DNA from: Bacteroidetes bacterium ADurb.Bin217
Lineage (GTDB): Bacteria; Bacteroidota; Bacteroidia; Bacteroidales; UBA1715
Reading direction: 5' to 3'
NCBI GenBank assembly: GCA_002069975.1
Contig: MWCJ01000006.1
Location: 6,153-70,152 of the forward strand
DNA length: 64,000 nucleotides
Position numbers and translations under genes: made by a program. Positions 1 through 10,600 of the stretch are shown here, piece after piece; positions within the stretch are counted from its first letter, which is position 1, and every line of letters starts with the position of its first letter. Below the pieces are notes generated by a model. The model saw nothing but the letters and a program-made list of their open reading frames with translations. It did not search any database and was not told the DNA's origin.

Positions 1-2760
1 CAAAACAATACCCGCATCTAATTTTGTTAAAATTTGAGCTGGATTTAATAGAGTATCTTCCCTAATAATATCTTGCAACAATGTACTACCTATCATAGAC
101 ATAAACGCCCCCGGAACGCCATGACCTGTACAATCTGCAGCCACTATATACAGTAAATCATTTTGTTCTTTAAACCAATAAAAATCGCCACTTACAATAT
201 CACGGGGTTTAAAAAACACAAAAGAATTTGGCAAATATGTTTGTATAAAATCAGAGGCAGGCAAAATTGCATCTTGTATTCGTTTTGCATAAAAGATACT
301 GTCTCTAATCATTCTATTTGAACGACTTAAATCATTATTATTTTGTATTAATAATTCACTTTGCAATTGTAATTCTTCTTTTTGATGCAGAATTTCTTGT
401 GTTCGTTCATCTACTTTTTTCTCAAGTCTTTTTTTATCTATAATCAACTGTCGTTCTCTAATTTTTATAAAGCTATATATAATACCTATTAGAATAATTA
501 TAATTATTGAATAAAACCAAGTTGTTTTCCAAAAAGGCGGATATATTATCAGACATACTTGTTTTTCAGTAACACTCCATTCCCCTATTTGATCTTTACA
601 TTTTATATACAGAGAAATTGTACCCGGTTTTAATTGTGTTAAGGATATTACATGTTGACCTTTGTCCATGTCAATCCATTCAGAATTTTCACCTATTTTA
701 TATTTAAATTGTAGAATATCAGGATTTTTTACCCGTAAAGCCGAAATATAAAATTGTATATTTTCGTGTAAATATGATAAATGAATTGTATCGACAAATT
801 CAATAGCTTTATGTATGACATTTCCATGTTTTGCAATATAATCGGTTGTAATTTCGGTGTTTTGAATTAGTAATTTTGAAATTACTGCAGTGCATTCCGA
901 CTTCTCGAACGAAGTTAATTCTTGAGGAAGAAAAACATTTAAACCATTTATTCCCCCCATCAAAATTGTTCCATCTTGGGATTTGCATCCAGCATTCATA
1001 TTAAAATAATTTGACTGAGCTCCATAATCAATTCCAAATGTATGCGACACTTTCGAATATTTGTCAAATATTGTAATGCCCGAATTATTAAAACAAATAG
1101 TATTGTTATGTTCAAAAAATTGCACAGCACATAAAAAATACTGCCCCATACTATTTGCTAATTTTTTAAATGTATCTGTATATATATCATATACAAATAT
1201 CCCCTGACCTGCAATTCCCAACCACACTTTATTATCGTTGGTTTTAAAAATGGTTAACACCTCATTTGCCGGAATGAATTTTTGAGAATTTTCTTTGGTA
1301 TACTTTTCAACTTTTCTGTTGGTTACATTTGAGAAATTTTTAATTCGCACTAGCCCTTCGCCAAAAGTTGCCAACCAAACCTCTTCGGGCGAATGAATTA
1401 AAATATCGAAAACTGTATTTTGCTCGTATTTACTACTCACAGCGAATTTTGAGACGCTCGAAAAATTTAGAGATAACTCCCAAAGCCCTTCCCCCCATGA
1501 ACCTATTAAAAACGAGTTTTTATACTGAACTATTTTATAAATTGTTATTTCTGGTATGATTGCTACTTTGGTAATTTTATATGTAAGTAAATCCATTTGA
1601 AATAGTCCCTCTTTGGCTCCAAACAATAATGTATTCTTATATAAACAAAAAGAAAGTACATCTTTTTCAAATCCGGAAATTTTGGTAAAAATTTCTTTGT
1701 TTTTATCAAACCGTATTAAACCTATAGATGAACCTAAAATAAATACATTGGGCGAAATTTCAACTATTGCATTTATCTGATTATCTTGTATACTTTGAGA
1801 ATTAAACATATTATAAGAATAATGCTTTATTCTTTTTTGGTTATTATAACAAATATTTATACCATTAAATTCTGTACCTACCCATATGTTTTTTTGATTG
1901 TCTACAAATACATGCAACACATTTTTTCCTTTGAATGTTGGGTTTACCTTATCGTATAAAATTGTTTTAAAGTTCCACGCACTATCGAGTATGGCTATTC
2001 CATTACGAGTTGCAATCCATATATCATTATTGTATTCAATTATACTATTTGAAAAATGAAAGATTTGACTAAAAAAATTCCGGAATTGAGACGTTTCTAT
2101 TGAATAAGTGGTTATACCTTTATTTTCTTGAGAAATACATAAAGAATGTTTAACAACACCTATAATTTTAAAATCCTTTGCCGGATTCTGCAACAATTGA
2201 AATGTGCGAAATGTTCCAGTTTTAATTGAATATCCTTGAATTGAATTTTTGGAAATAAAATATACAACATTTTCATACATTATACTTTGAAACACTTGAT
2301 GCTCGTATATAGTTTGCACGTTATCGGTGTTTGTATTATATAAAAAAAGACCTTTATTACTAGATATACAGAGCAATGTATCTGCTATTTTATGAATTCC
2401 CTGCACACTGTGTTGAATAAATTTTTTATGGTCGTATAATTTCTTCCGCATTACTTGATTATACACTACAATTCCATTATTTGTCCCAATCCACATAATA
2501 GTATTGTTTATTTGACAAATAGAGGTAGCAATATTTGAATTTATTTCTTTTTTAAGTGTAATAAAGTTTTTACCATCAAATCTATCGACACCTTCATTAG
2601 TTCCTATCCAAACATATCCATAAGAATCTTGATAAATAAACCGCACATAATTATTTGAAAGTCCTTCATCATTAGAAAAATTTTTAAATTCTAAATCTTG
2701 AGAAAAACATGATAATAATTGAAAAAAGAAACAAATAATTAATACGGATATATATTTCAT
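1..2760 (-). CDS. Membrane sensor: periplasmic two-component-regulator beta-propeller repeats plus Y_Y_Y-like region, one TM helix, coiled coil, C-terminal SpoIIE/PP2C Ser/Thr phosphatase. Partial; the 3' end runs off the window.
   Basis: Absent from the ORF track because no stop lies in the window. My reverse-complement translation from the ATG at 2760-2758 stays open to position 1 (920 codons). It begins MKYISVLIICFFFQLLSCFSQDLEFKNFSNDEGLSNNYVRFIYQDSYGYVWIGTNEGVDRFDG. It has recurring (V/I)W(I/L)(G/A)T..G blade motifs, the TM segment TTWFYSIIIIILIGIIYSFI and the PP2C core AADCTGHGVPGAFMSMIGSTLL. Confidence 0.8.
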   Translation of the reverse strand, partial: MKYISVLIICFFFQLLSCFSQDLEFKNFSNDEGLSNNYVRFIYQDSYGYVWIGTNEGVDRFDGKNFITLKKEINSNIATSICQINNTIMWIGTNNGIVVYNQVMRKKLYDHKKFIQHSVQGIHKIADTLLCISSNKGLFLYNTNTDNVQTIYEHQVFQSIMYENVVYFISKNSIQGYSIKTGTFRTFQLLQNPAKDFKIIGVVKHSLCISQENKGITTYSIETSQFRNFFSQIFHFSNSIIEYNNDIWIATRNGIAILDSAWNFKTILYDKVNPTFKGKNVLHVFVDNQKNIWVGTEFNGINICYNNQKRIKHYSYNMFNSQSIQDNQINAIVEISPNVFILGSSIGLIRFDKNKEIFTKISGFEKDVLSFCLYKNTLLFGAKEGLFQMDLLTYKITKVAIIPEITIYKIVQYKNSFLIGSWGEGLWELSLNFSSVSKFAVSSKYEQNTVFDILIHSPEEVWLATFGEGLVRIKNFSNVTNRKVEKYTKENSQKFIPANEVLTIFKTNDNKVWLGIAGQGIFVYDIYTDTFKKLANSMGQYFLCAVQFFEHNNTICFNNSGITIFDKYSKVSHTFGIDYGAQSNYFNMNAGCKSQDGTILMGGINGLNVFLPQELTSFEKSECTAVISKLLIQNTEITTDYIAKHGNVIHKAIEFVDTIHLSYLHENIQFYISALRVKNPDILQFKYKIGENSEWIDMDKGQHVISLTQLKPGTISLYIKCKDQIGEWSVTEKQVCLIIYPPFWKTTWFYSIIIIILIGIIYSFIKIRERQLIIDKKRLEKKVDERTQEILHQKEELQLQSELLIQNNNDLSRSNRMIRDSIFYAKRIQDAILPASDFIQTYLPNSFVFFKPRDIVSGDFYWFKEQNDLLYIVAADCTGHGVPGAFMSMIGSTLLQDIIREDTLLNPAQILTKLDAGIVL

Positions 2761-2762
2761 AA

Positions 2763-5700
2763 TTAACGTAATAAAGTTACCGAACCAAATTTAGAATCGC
2801 TAAATGAATCTTTCCAAACACTACCATCAAGCATTGTAGCTTTAATTTTCCATCGATATACACCAGCTTGGAGTAATTCATTGTTATAGGTCCCATCCCA
2901 TTTCCCCACAAAAATACCATCTTCTACTTCATTCGAATACCATACAATATTACCCCATGAATCAAACACCCAAATTTCACACTCTTTCAAATTAAAACCA
3001 ATTGGCTGAAAAAATCGTACATGACTCGCCGGGTTTGTAGGTGCAAATGCAGTAGGAACACACATTCCTGTTTTTACATCTATAAATATTTTTTCAGTAT
3101 ACGAGGAATCACATCCGTATTCATTTGTTACGGTTAATTTAGTATAATAGTTTCCATATTCATATTCAAATACTTCTATTGGTATATTTTTTTCATCATA
3201 TTCTGTTTGAGCATCTATAAATGTTGTGTCATTTGTAATTCCAAAATTCCAAAACATTGTATAGCTAATATCTTTTTTATATGTATTTTCACGTATAGGT
3301 TCTTGAATAGTTTTATCGACTAACATAATATTTCCATTTGAACTATACCATATAAATTTGGGTTTTGGATATTCTGCAACAGCAACAACAATTGTTTGAG
3401 TCCCCATACATCCTGCCCATGTGGTTTCAGTTACAGTAATTGTATCAATTCCCGAATATAACCAATCTACATTCACTAATGCAGATTCACTCTTATCTTT
3501 ATGAAACAATAAATTTTGACCAGTAATTGACCACACATACGCACTCGATGCTTTATTATTTAAAATAAAATATTTTGATTCTTTTGTCCCAATACAAATA
3601 GTGGTATCTCCTTGAATTTGAGGATTAGCATTTTCAGCAATTTCAAGATTAAAAAGTTGGATATCGCTTTCGCATCCTTGTTCTGATATATCATACAATT
3701 CAAATTCATACACACCGGCATCAAGTGTTTCTATTCCTAAATTTGCAAAATCATATACTTTCCCATTGGCATTTGGCAAGCCACGTAAACTTTTCCAAAC
3801 TATATTATTCGTTCCTATTGCATGCAATGGCAATAATGGCATATTCTCGCATTGTACTGAATTTTCAACTATAGGCTTTGAAGCTTTTGGTAAAGCCTTA
3901 TACAGCAAATCGTCGTAATTACTTTTACAAGTTATAGAATCTTCTGTTATAACGTATCTAGCTTTTATTATATAATCGCCCGGATTGGTAATATACCTGC
4001 TTACATCAAGTTGTGTATGTTCTATTGATATAATATCTGACAATGAAGATATTTCCCATTCTATATGCGTAGATAATGAAGGCAGAGGCGATACGTGTGC
4101 CGACACTATAGCAGTTTGTTGTAAACATTGTTCTATATTTTCGCCTAATTCAATAGTAGGATTATTCTTAATATATAGAGAAACAGTACTAATATCACTT
4201 CTGCAACCATTAACTTCACGTATTACGTAATACGTTTCTTTATCTGAATGTATAGAATTTGGGTAAAATGTATTTCCAATATATCCGGTAAATATTTTAA
4301 GATGTTCGTCTTGATACCACTTATCATTAACACCATCTGAAGTTAGATAAGGTATAGTATTACCCTCGCACATGTAAGAATCTATTGTTTTAGGCTTTGT
4401 TGGTTTGGGAGAAACAGAAACAGATATTTTTTCCGATGTTGAACAAGCTGGAGTATTATTATCGAAAGCAACTACTGTAATTTCATGCAACCCCGGAGTT
4501 TGAGATACCGTTAAAATTCCTTGTGTTGATATACTTCCCATAGAAGTACTATACTGTATTTGACTAGCATTAGTATGAACATAATTTGCTATATCTATAA
4601 AAACTACTGACCCCACACATACACTAGCTATAGAGTCTATAAGCAACGAAGGAGCCGATAGATTTGCAACAACAACCTCTGCATTTGTATTTTGAGCTTT
4701 GCACCCATATGCGTCTCTAACATTACTAAGTTTATAAATTCCCGCAACAGGATTCTGTATAGAATATATAGCCTGATTTGAGATTTTGCCAAGTCCGGTA
4801 ACAGATTCATCAAACATATATGGAGCTTTACCTCCACTAAATTCTATAACAACAGGATTTTTATTGGTAGATTCCGGACAATATGCTCCCCCTCCCTGCA
4901 TTGTATATGTAGGAATTTGAGCATCATATACCTTTATAGAAACTATTTGATGACAACTTGTTTGTAAGGGATTATTTTTATCTCTAATTCTCACATAATA
5001 TGTACCTTCATTACCAGAAGCTACAGGTAAAGAACTAGTTGCAATCTCAGATACAGCTGCCCCCAAACTTATCGCATCAGAAATAGACGTACTTAACAAA
5101 TCACCTTTAAACCACTCAAAATCGAAAGAATTTACTGTTTGCATTGGAGATGTTTGTAATGTTAAGGATTCAGAAGGACACAAATAATTATCGATATCGG
5201 TACTTGTAATTGATATAGGCAACGATTGCGCACATAAAGGACAATTTATAACTGCCATTATTGGTTTTGAAACGGAATAATTAGCACATGGATTATCGGG
5301 ATTGGCATATTGGGAGCTTACAAAATTCGAATTTAGAGTAAATGTAGATTCTAAAGCAGCAATTGTTCTAAAATATACAGTATCTCCATTTTCTAAAGAA
5401 GCAAACATACTTTGAGATTTAAAATTTTGTATACTCAAATTGTTATTCACCGTAGGATTTGCAATATTTTCCCATGAACTTTTATCGCTTGGATTTGTTG
5501 TCCATTGATACAAATAATATGTTTGATTATTATAAAAATTTGTGAGCATTTCTGTTGGTTTTGTTTCTAATTTAAGTGTTTCGTTACATACTTGCGTTGC
5601 AACTGAAAGAGAAGAAACATCAAAAAATAAATCTAAAGAAGGTGCAGAACACGCCATAATTTTTATATCATCTATTACCAAATCATTACCACCTAAATAC

Positions 5701-7253
5701 GCAGAATTATTATTTGCAATTTGTAATTTTAGTGAAGTACCCGTAAGTAGTGTAATTTGATTAGAAACTCTTACCCAATAACCACCACCGGCTTTTTGGG
5801 GATATGCTTTTTGATTCCACGACACTGAATTAGATGCATTTCCATGTTCGGTAAGAGTTACAGTAATATCTACAGGTTCCGAATCGGGAGAAAAATTTGA
5901 AATCCAACATTCAAAATAAAGCATTTTTCCTGTACATAAATTATCAATATTGCGAGAATATATTATATCTCCCGGAGCACTTTTAAGATTTATAAACAAC
6001 ATAGCCCCCTCAAGTGTTTCCGAATGATCATACCCCAAAATTGGATTTGTTTCTATTCCATGAATTTTTGCAGCCCAACCTATCTTAGAACCCACATCAT
6101 ATCCACAATAAGCAGCAACAAAATAATTCCCATCGTTTGGTGCCCCTAATGCCTGATAGGTATGACCAATAGGTGCATCAATTAAGGGATAACGAAAATC
6201 CTCTGCCACCGTTTTTGTTTTCTGCACAGGGTTAGTTATGTCTGAATAATCTGTATAGGTAAGAATTCGAGGTTTCGTTAAGTCAAACGTTCCAAAATCA
6301 TCTAAAAATACAGTTTTTCGAGAAGCAGGTTGACCATTAATTTCGCAACATTGAATGGCATTTACTGTAATAACATCTGAAGTAAGCGTTGTTCCATTAT
6401 AATTTAGCAAGAGTCTAAATTTATAATTTTTAACCTCTTTCGCCTCATACAACTCGTTAGATTTTGCTCCAAGAAATTTCCACCCCGAACCATCATCAAC
6501 TTGCCAAGTATACTCAGCATTATATGGAATTTTACTCTGCAATGTAATCTGCTCTCCGGCACACACTTCTGTTCCTTGCGCCGTTTGAATCAAAGGTTTA
6601 ACCTCACCAAATACCTTTATGCCGGTAATTCCCATTGCCGAACATTCGGTACTATTATCAACATGATTCACTCTAAACACTACTTCGCCGGTTGCAGAAG
6701 CAACCCCCGAGAGTGTATATGATGAACTTTTCCCCATTGTAACTTTAGGAACATCAACACCATTTGTTTGATTCCATTGATCGAGATTAATACCTGCTTT
6801 AAAACCAATATCTTTCCACATACATATGGTGTTTTTTGTCTCATCTACAACACTACCATATTCTATGGAAACAGAAACATTTGACCCCGGAACAACTCCG
6901 GTAACTTTATATTCTAAAATATTTTGGTTGCTCGTAACAGATTTTGGAGAATAAACAAATTGATAGATTGGACTTGCTAATGTAACATAGCGTGTACCAT
7001 CGAGATTTGAAGGATTGTTGGTTATTGCATAATGATAAGGCGTATTAAATACATTAGCATTTGCCGTAGGTGTTAATTCCGGAGTAACGGTAAAAACACC
7101 CGATTGCAAACCAATGTGTTTTATTTCATTAATTGCATAATATGTCTTTGCAACATCTTCAGAAATAGGTTCAAATTCAGTACCCGATATTAATATTTGC
7201 GAAGTACCCTGCAAATAAATCAAACTAATTATTATAAAAAAAACATATTTCAT
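2763..7253 (-). CDS. Giant secreted cell-surface adhesin-like protein (1496 aa) with Cys-paired Ig-like/PKD-like repeats and a T9SS type-B (gliding motility-associated, CHU_C-like) C-terminal sorting domain
   Basis: N-terminal signal peptide MKYVFFIIISLIYLQGTSQ. Many about 80-100 aa repeats each carry a Cys pair. The C-terminus VPTAFAPTNPASHVRFFQPIGF...IWVFDSWGNIVW...KWDGTYNNELLQAGVYRWKI...GSVTLLR fits the type-B CTD pattern (PNAFSPNGDG...F.R.G..V....WDG......GTY.....G.V.L.R). Confidence 0.85.
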   Translation of the reverse strand: MKYVFFIIISLIYLQGTSQILISGTEFEPISEDVAKTYYAINEIKHIGLQSGVFTVTPELTPTANANVFNTPYHYAITNNPSNLDGTRYVTLASPIYQFVYSPKSVTSNQNILEYKVTGVVPGSNVSVSIEYGSVVDETKNTICMWKDIGFKAGINLDQWNQTNGVDVPKVTMGKSSSYTLSGVASATGEVVFRVNHVDNSTECSAMGITGIKVFGEVKPLIQTAQGTEVCAGEQITLQSKIPYNAEYTWQVDDGSGWKFLGAKSNELYEAKEVKNYKFRLLLNYNGTTLTSDVITVNAIQCCEINGQPASRKTVFLDDFGTFDLTKPRILTYTDYSDITNPVQKTKTVAEDFRYPLIDAPIGHTYQALGAPNDGNYFVAAYCGYDVGSKIGWAAKIHGIETNPILGYDHSETLEGAMLFINLKSAPGDIIYSRNIDNLCTGKMLYFECWISNFSPDSEPVDITVTLTEHGNASNSVSWNQKAYPQKAGGGYWVRVSNQITLLTGTSLKLQIANNNSAYLGGNDLVIDDIKIMACSAPSLDLFFDVSSLSVATQVCNETLKLETKPTEMLTNFYNNQTYYLYQWTTNPSDKSSWENIANPTVNNNLSIQNFKSQSMFASLENGDTVYFRTIAALESTFTLNSNFVSSQYANPDNPCANYSVSKPIMAVINCPLCAQSLPISITSTDIDNYLCPSESLTLQTSPMQTVNSFDFEWFKGDLLSTSISDAISLGAAVSEIATSSLPVASGNEGTYYVRIRDKNNPLQTSCHQIVSIKVYDAQIPTYTMQGGGAYCPESTNKNPVVIEFSGGKAPYMFDESVTGLGKISNQAIYSIQNPVAGIYKLSNVRDAYGCKAQNTNAEVVVANLSAPSLLIDSIASVCVGSVVFIDIANYVHTNASQIQYSTSMGSISTQGILTVSQTPGLHEITVVAFDNNTPACSTSEKISVSVSPKPTKPKTIDSYMCEGNTIPYLTSDGVNDKWYQDEHLKIFTGYIGNTFYPNSIHSDKETYYVIREVNGCRSDISTVSLYIKNNPTIELGENIEQCLQQTAIVSAHVSPLPSLSTHIEWEISSLSDIISIEHTQLDVSRYITNPGDYIIKARYVITEDSITCKSNYDDLLYKALPKASKPIVENSVQCENMPLLPLHAIGTNNIVWKSLRGLPNANGKVYDFANLGIETLDAGVYEFELYDISEQGCESDIQLFNLEIAENANPQIQGDTTICIGTKESKYFILNNKASSAYVWSITGQNLLFHKDKSESALVNVDWLYSGIDTITVTETTWAGCMGTQTIVVAVAEYPKPKFIWYSSNGNIMLVDKTIQEPIRENTYKKDISYTMFWNFGITNDTTFIDAQTEYDEKNIPIEVFEYEYGNYYTKLTVTNEYGCDSSYTEKIFIDVKTGMCVPTAFAPTNPASHVRFFQPIGFNLKECEIWVFDSWGNIVWYSNEVEDGIFVGKWDGTYNNELLQAGVYRWKIKATMLDGSVWKDSFSDSKFGSVTLLR

Positions 7254-7618
7254 AGGTAACTTTATATAAAAAAATGAAAAAAATAGTATTTATATATATA
7301 TATTAATAAAAATTATCCTATTTACAGAATGTGAAAATTACACAAAACACAAAATTCAGAATATCAGAACAAAAGTAAACCACAAACACGCAAATAGTGT
7401 AATATTATTTTATCATTTTCAAAAAAAATTATATCAAATTGATTTTTAAAATGATAAAATAATACATAAAAATGATTGAATACTATTTACATATTGCATG
7501 ATAATCCTATCATATTTGTATTATCGTTTGCATGCAACTTTTTCATGTAATTAAACGATTTGTTTTTGACATAATTTTTTGTTTGTAATCAACTAAAATG
7601 ATTGCTTGGTTAATGATG

Positions 7619-7647
7619 AATACCTCTACTCGTAGAGGTATTTTTCA
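7619..7647 (+). terminator. Intrinsic-terminator-like hairpin (10-bp stem, 4-nt loop, T-run) 44 nt upstream of the 1533-aa gene start; possible attenuator or end of a small transcript
   Basis: aatacctcta (7619-7628), loop ctcg, tagaggtatt (7633-7642), followed by tttt. Confidence 0.4.
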
Positions 7648-7690
7648 TATATAATATTTCAAACTCATAAAGCCTTAAAAAATCAAAACA

Positions 7691-10600
7691 ATGAAACATA
7701 TACTTCTCCTTTATGTATTTGTAATATGCAACAACACAATAGTTAGTGCAATTACGTATTATTCAACACCAAATTCAAATGTTAATAATCTTTCAGAATG
7801 GTGGACAAATACTGATGGAACAGGTTCAAATCCCGGCAATTTTACAAGTAGCGATATTTTTCAGATACAAGCAGGACATTCCTGTCAATTAAATGGAAAC
7901 TGGTCATTGGGTGACAATGCTTCATTAGAAATCTATGGCACATTAACTCTAAATAGCTCATATACATTCGAATTAGGAACCAATCATTCATCTACGGTTA
8001 CTCTAACAATAAAAAATGGAGGAACATTTTCTAATGAATCTACCGGTAATAAGACATTTTGGAGATCGGTAACAATTGAAGATGGCGGAACATGGACAGG
8101 AAATTCCGGAGTAGGAGCAAATAATGTGTACATGTATGCTAATTTTACAAATAACAATACCTCAACATTACAAACAGATCAAACCCAAGCTACATATTAT
8201 ACAAATAGCGGAAATTCATATACATGGAACTCAGGCTCTCCCGGCTTAAGTGTATTTAATGTGTATAGCCAACGCGATGGCTTTATATATAGAGGCAATT
8301 TATATGTTCGTAATAATTTTACTACTACAGCACAACTTGCCGATGGTGCCGGGAGCACACACATCTATTTAACTGGCACGGGTACCGTTTTTACTGCAAA
8401 TTCAAGTATGTATAATACTACAAACTTTGTATTTCATTTTGCTCCTTCGGTTGTAGGTAGTAATCAAACCATAAGTATAGAAGGAACTCAATATAGCCCT
8501 ACGTTTCGGTTCGAAAATTCTGTTAATGCAACTATATCTGGCGGTGGAAGTTATTTTGAATTAGCTCAGTCAACATCAGGAATAATTATAGATAATAATG
8601 CTACTCTTAATGACGGCGGCAAAGAAATTCGATTTGAAAACAGCTCAACATTAACAATGAATTCAGGTAGTAATCTTAATGTAACGAATTCTAATACAGT
8701 ATCAAATGAGAAATTTTGGAGATATGGGACCAAAACATTTGCCACCACCAGCACTTTACATATTTCGAATGCCTCGAGTACGTTTTCATATGCAAATGAA
8801 TGTTCGTATAGTTTCGGCAATATCACATTAGGAGCAACATCGGGAGCAAGTAGCATTTCGTTTCAAAACAATTCACTCGCTATTACAATTAAAGGAAATC
8901 TTAGTATTGGTTCTAATTGGACTTTTGGAAATGCAGCTGCAAATTCAAATCAAGTTGTAATAACGGTGCAAGGCAACATTACTAATAATGGCACATATGT
9001 ACAGGGAACAAATACAGGTTCAAAACTTGTATTATCAGGTGCATCGGCAGTACATGAAATTTCAGGAAGTGGAACTTTCAATACCAATTCTACAGCTCCC
9101 GCTATTGAATTAAATGATGCTCAAGGTGCCCAAATTACGAGTGGAAGTACTATTACAATTCAACAATTAACACATACAAATGGAATAATTACAAACAAAG
9201 GCACACTAACAATCTCTAATGCTCACTCAATACCTTCGGGACAAACCTTTGTTGCGGATAATTCATCAACAACCACGTTTAGTAATACTATAACAATTAC
9301 AGGCACCTATGATGCTCGATGCGGAAGTGTAACGAATTTCAACAATACCGCTACCAATAATGGAACAATACAAGGACCAACAACCGGCACATGGGCAAGA
9401 ATTGTAAATGCTTCCGCTGTAAATGGTAGTGGCAGTATTGGTGCAAATAGTTATATTGCATTTAGTGGAACCTTAACATGCACAAAAACAGGTACAAATA
9501 TTTTAGAAAGCAGTGGACAAGCAGCAACATGTGCAATTCCTGATATTTCATTATCATCTTCAAATCCAGCAATTGCAGCAGGCACCATATATAATGGCTC
9601 AACAAAACAAGCTATTTATACTTTTAGTTTAGCAGTAACTACCGCTAATGCATCTTTGTCGTCTATTCAATTTACTACAACAAATACCGATGCTGCAGAT
9701 ATTACAAAATATCAGTTATGGTACAACACTAGTAATGATTTATCTTCCTCATCTCAAATTGGTTCAGATATTACAACATCATTAGGTTCAGGCTTACATA
9801 TTTTTAACAGTTTAGATCAAACTATTAATTCAGGAACTACGGGCTATCTATGGATAACGGTAAATGTATCAAATTTTCCTACAGAGACTAACACTATTCA
9901 AGTTTCTGCGATTTCTACAGGTAATATTACTTTTGCTTCGGGTAATAAATCGGGAACAGCATATGACGGAGGAATACAAACTATACAAGGAACTCCTACA
10001 ATAAATTGTGTTACTACATCTTTATCTGATTTTTTATATTGTTCTGGTGCAGGGGCATCTACAGCACAATCATATACTATTTCAGGAGCATATCTAACTA
10101 GCGATATTGAAATAACATCACCTACAAACTACGAAATTTCAACATTAAGCGAATCTGGATACACATCAACTATTAATCTTACCCCCACCCCCATAAGCGG
10201 AACGGTTGCAAACACGATTATTTATGTTCGTTTAAAAGCTGGATTAAGCGACGGAGCTTACAATACCGAAATAATAACTCACACAAGCGACGGAGCAATT
10301 CAAAAAAATATAACATGCAATGGCGATGTTGGAGGTAGAATGGTTATTTCTTCTGAAAATCAAACTCAATCTCAAATAATATATCCAAATTTACAAGGGT
10401 ATTTACTATCGGTATTTCAAATAGAATCAATTTGTAATGCTTCGGGAACTATTAGCGAATTAGATTTTACCACAACAGGTACATACACCAGCAGCGACAT
10501 AAGCACATTTAATTTATTCTATAGTGAGTATCCAACACTCAACGATTCTATACTTGTATCTTCAATATCTTCAGGCATTGGAACTCATTCATATTCGTTT

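Noticed and set aside
1368-1559. A 63-aa plus-strand ORF, the only track entry in the first 2.7 kb.
   Set aside because: It lies antisense within the continuous 920-codon minus-strand sensor/PP2C reading frame.
7403-7464. I considered whether the 17-bp perfect inverted repeat marks an invertible (phase-variable) promoter between the two surface-protein genes.
   Set aside because: The segment between the repeats is only 28 bp, far shorter than known invertible promoters. No recombinase or invertase gene is in the window. An operator or hairpin reading is more parsimonious and is reported as a finding instead.
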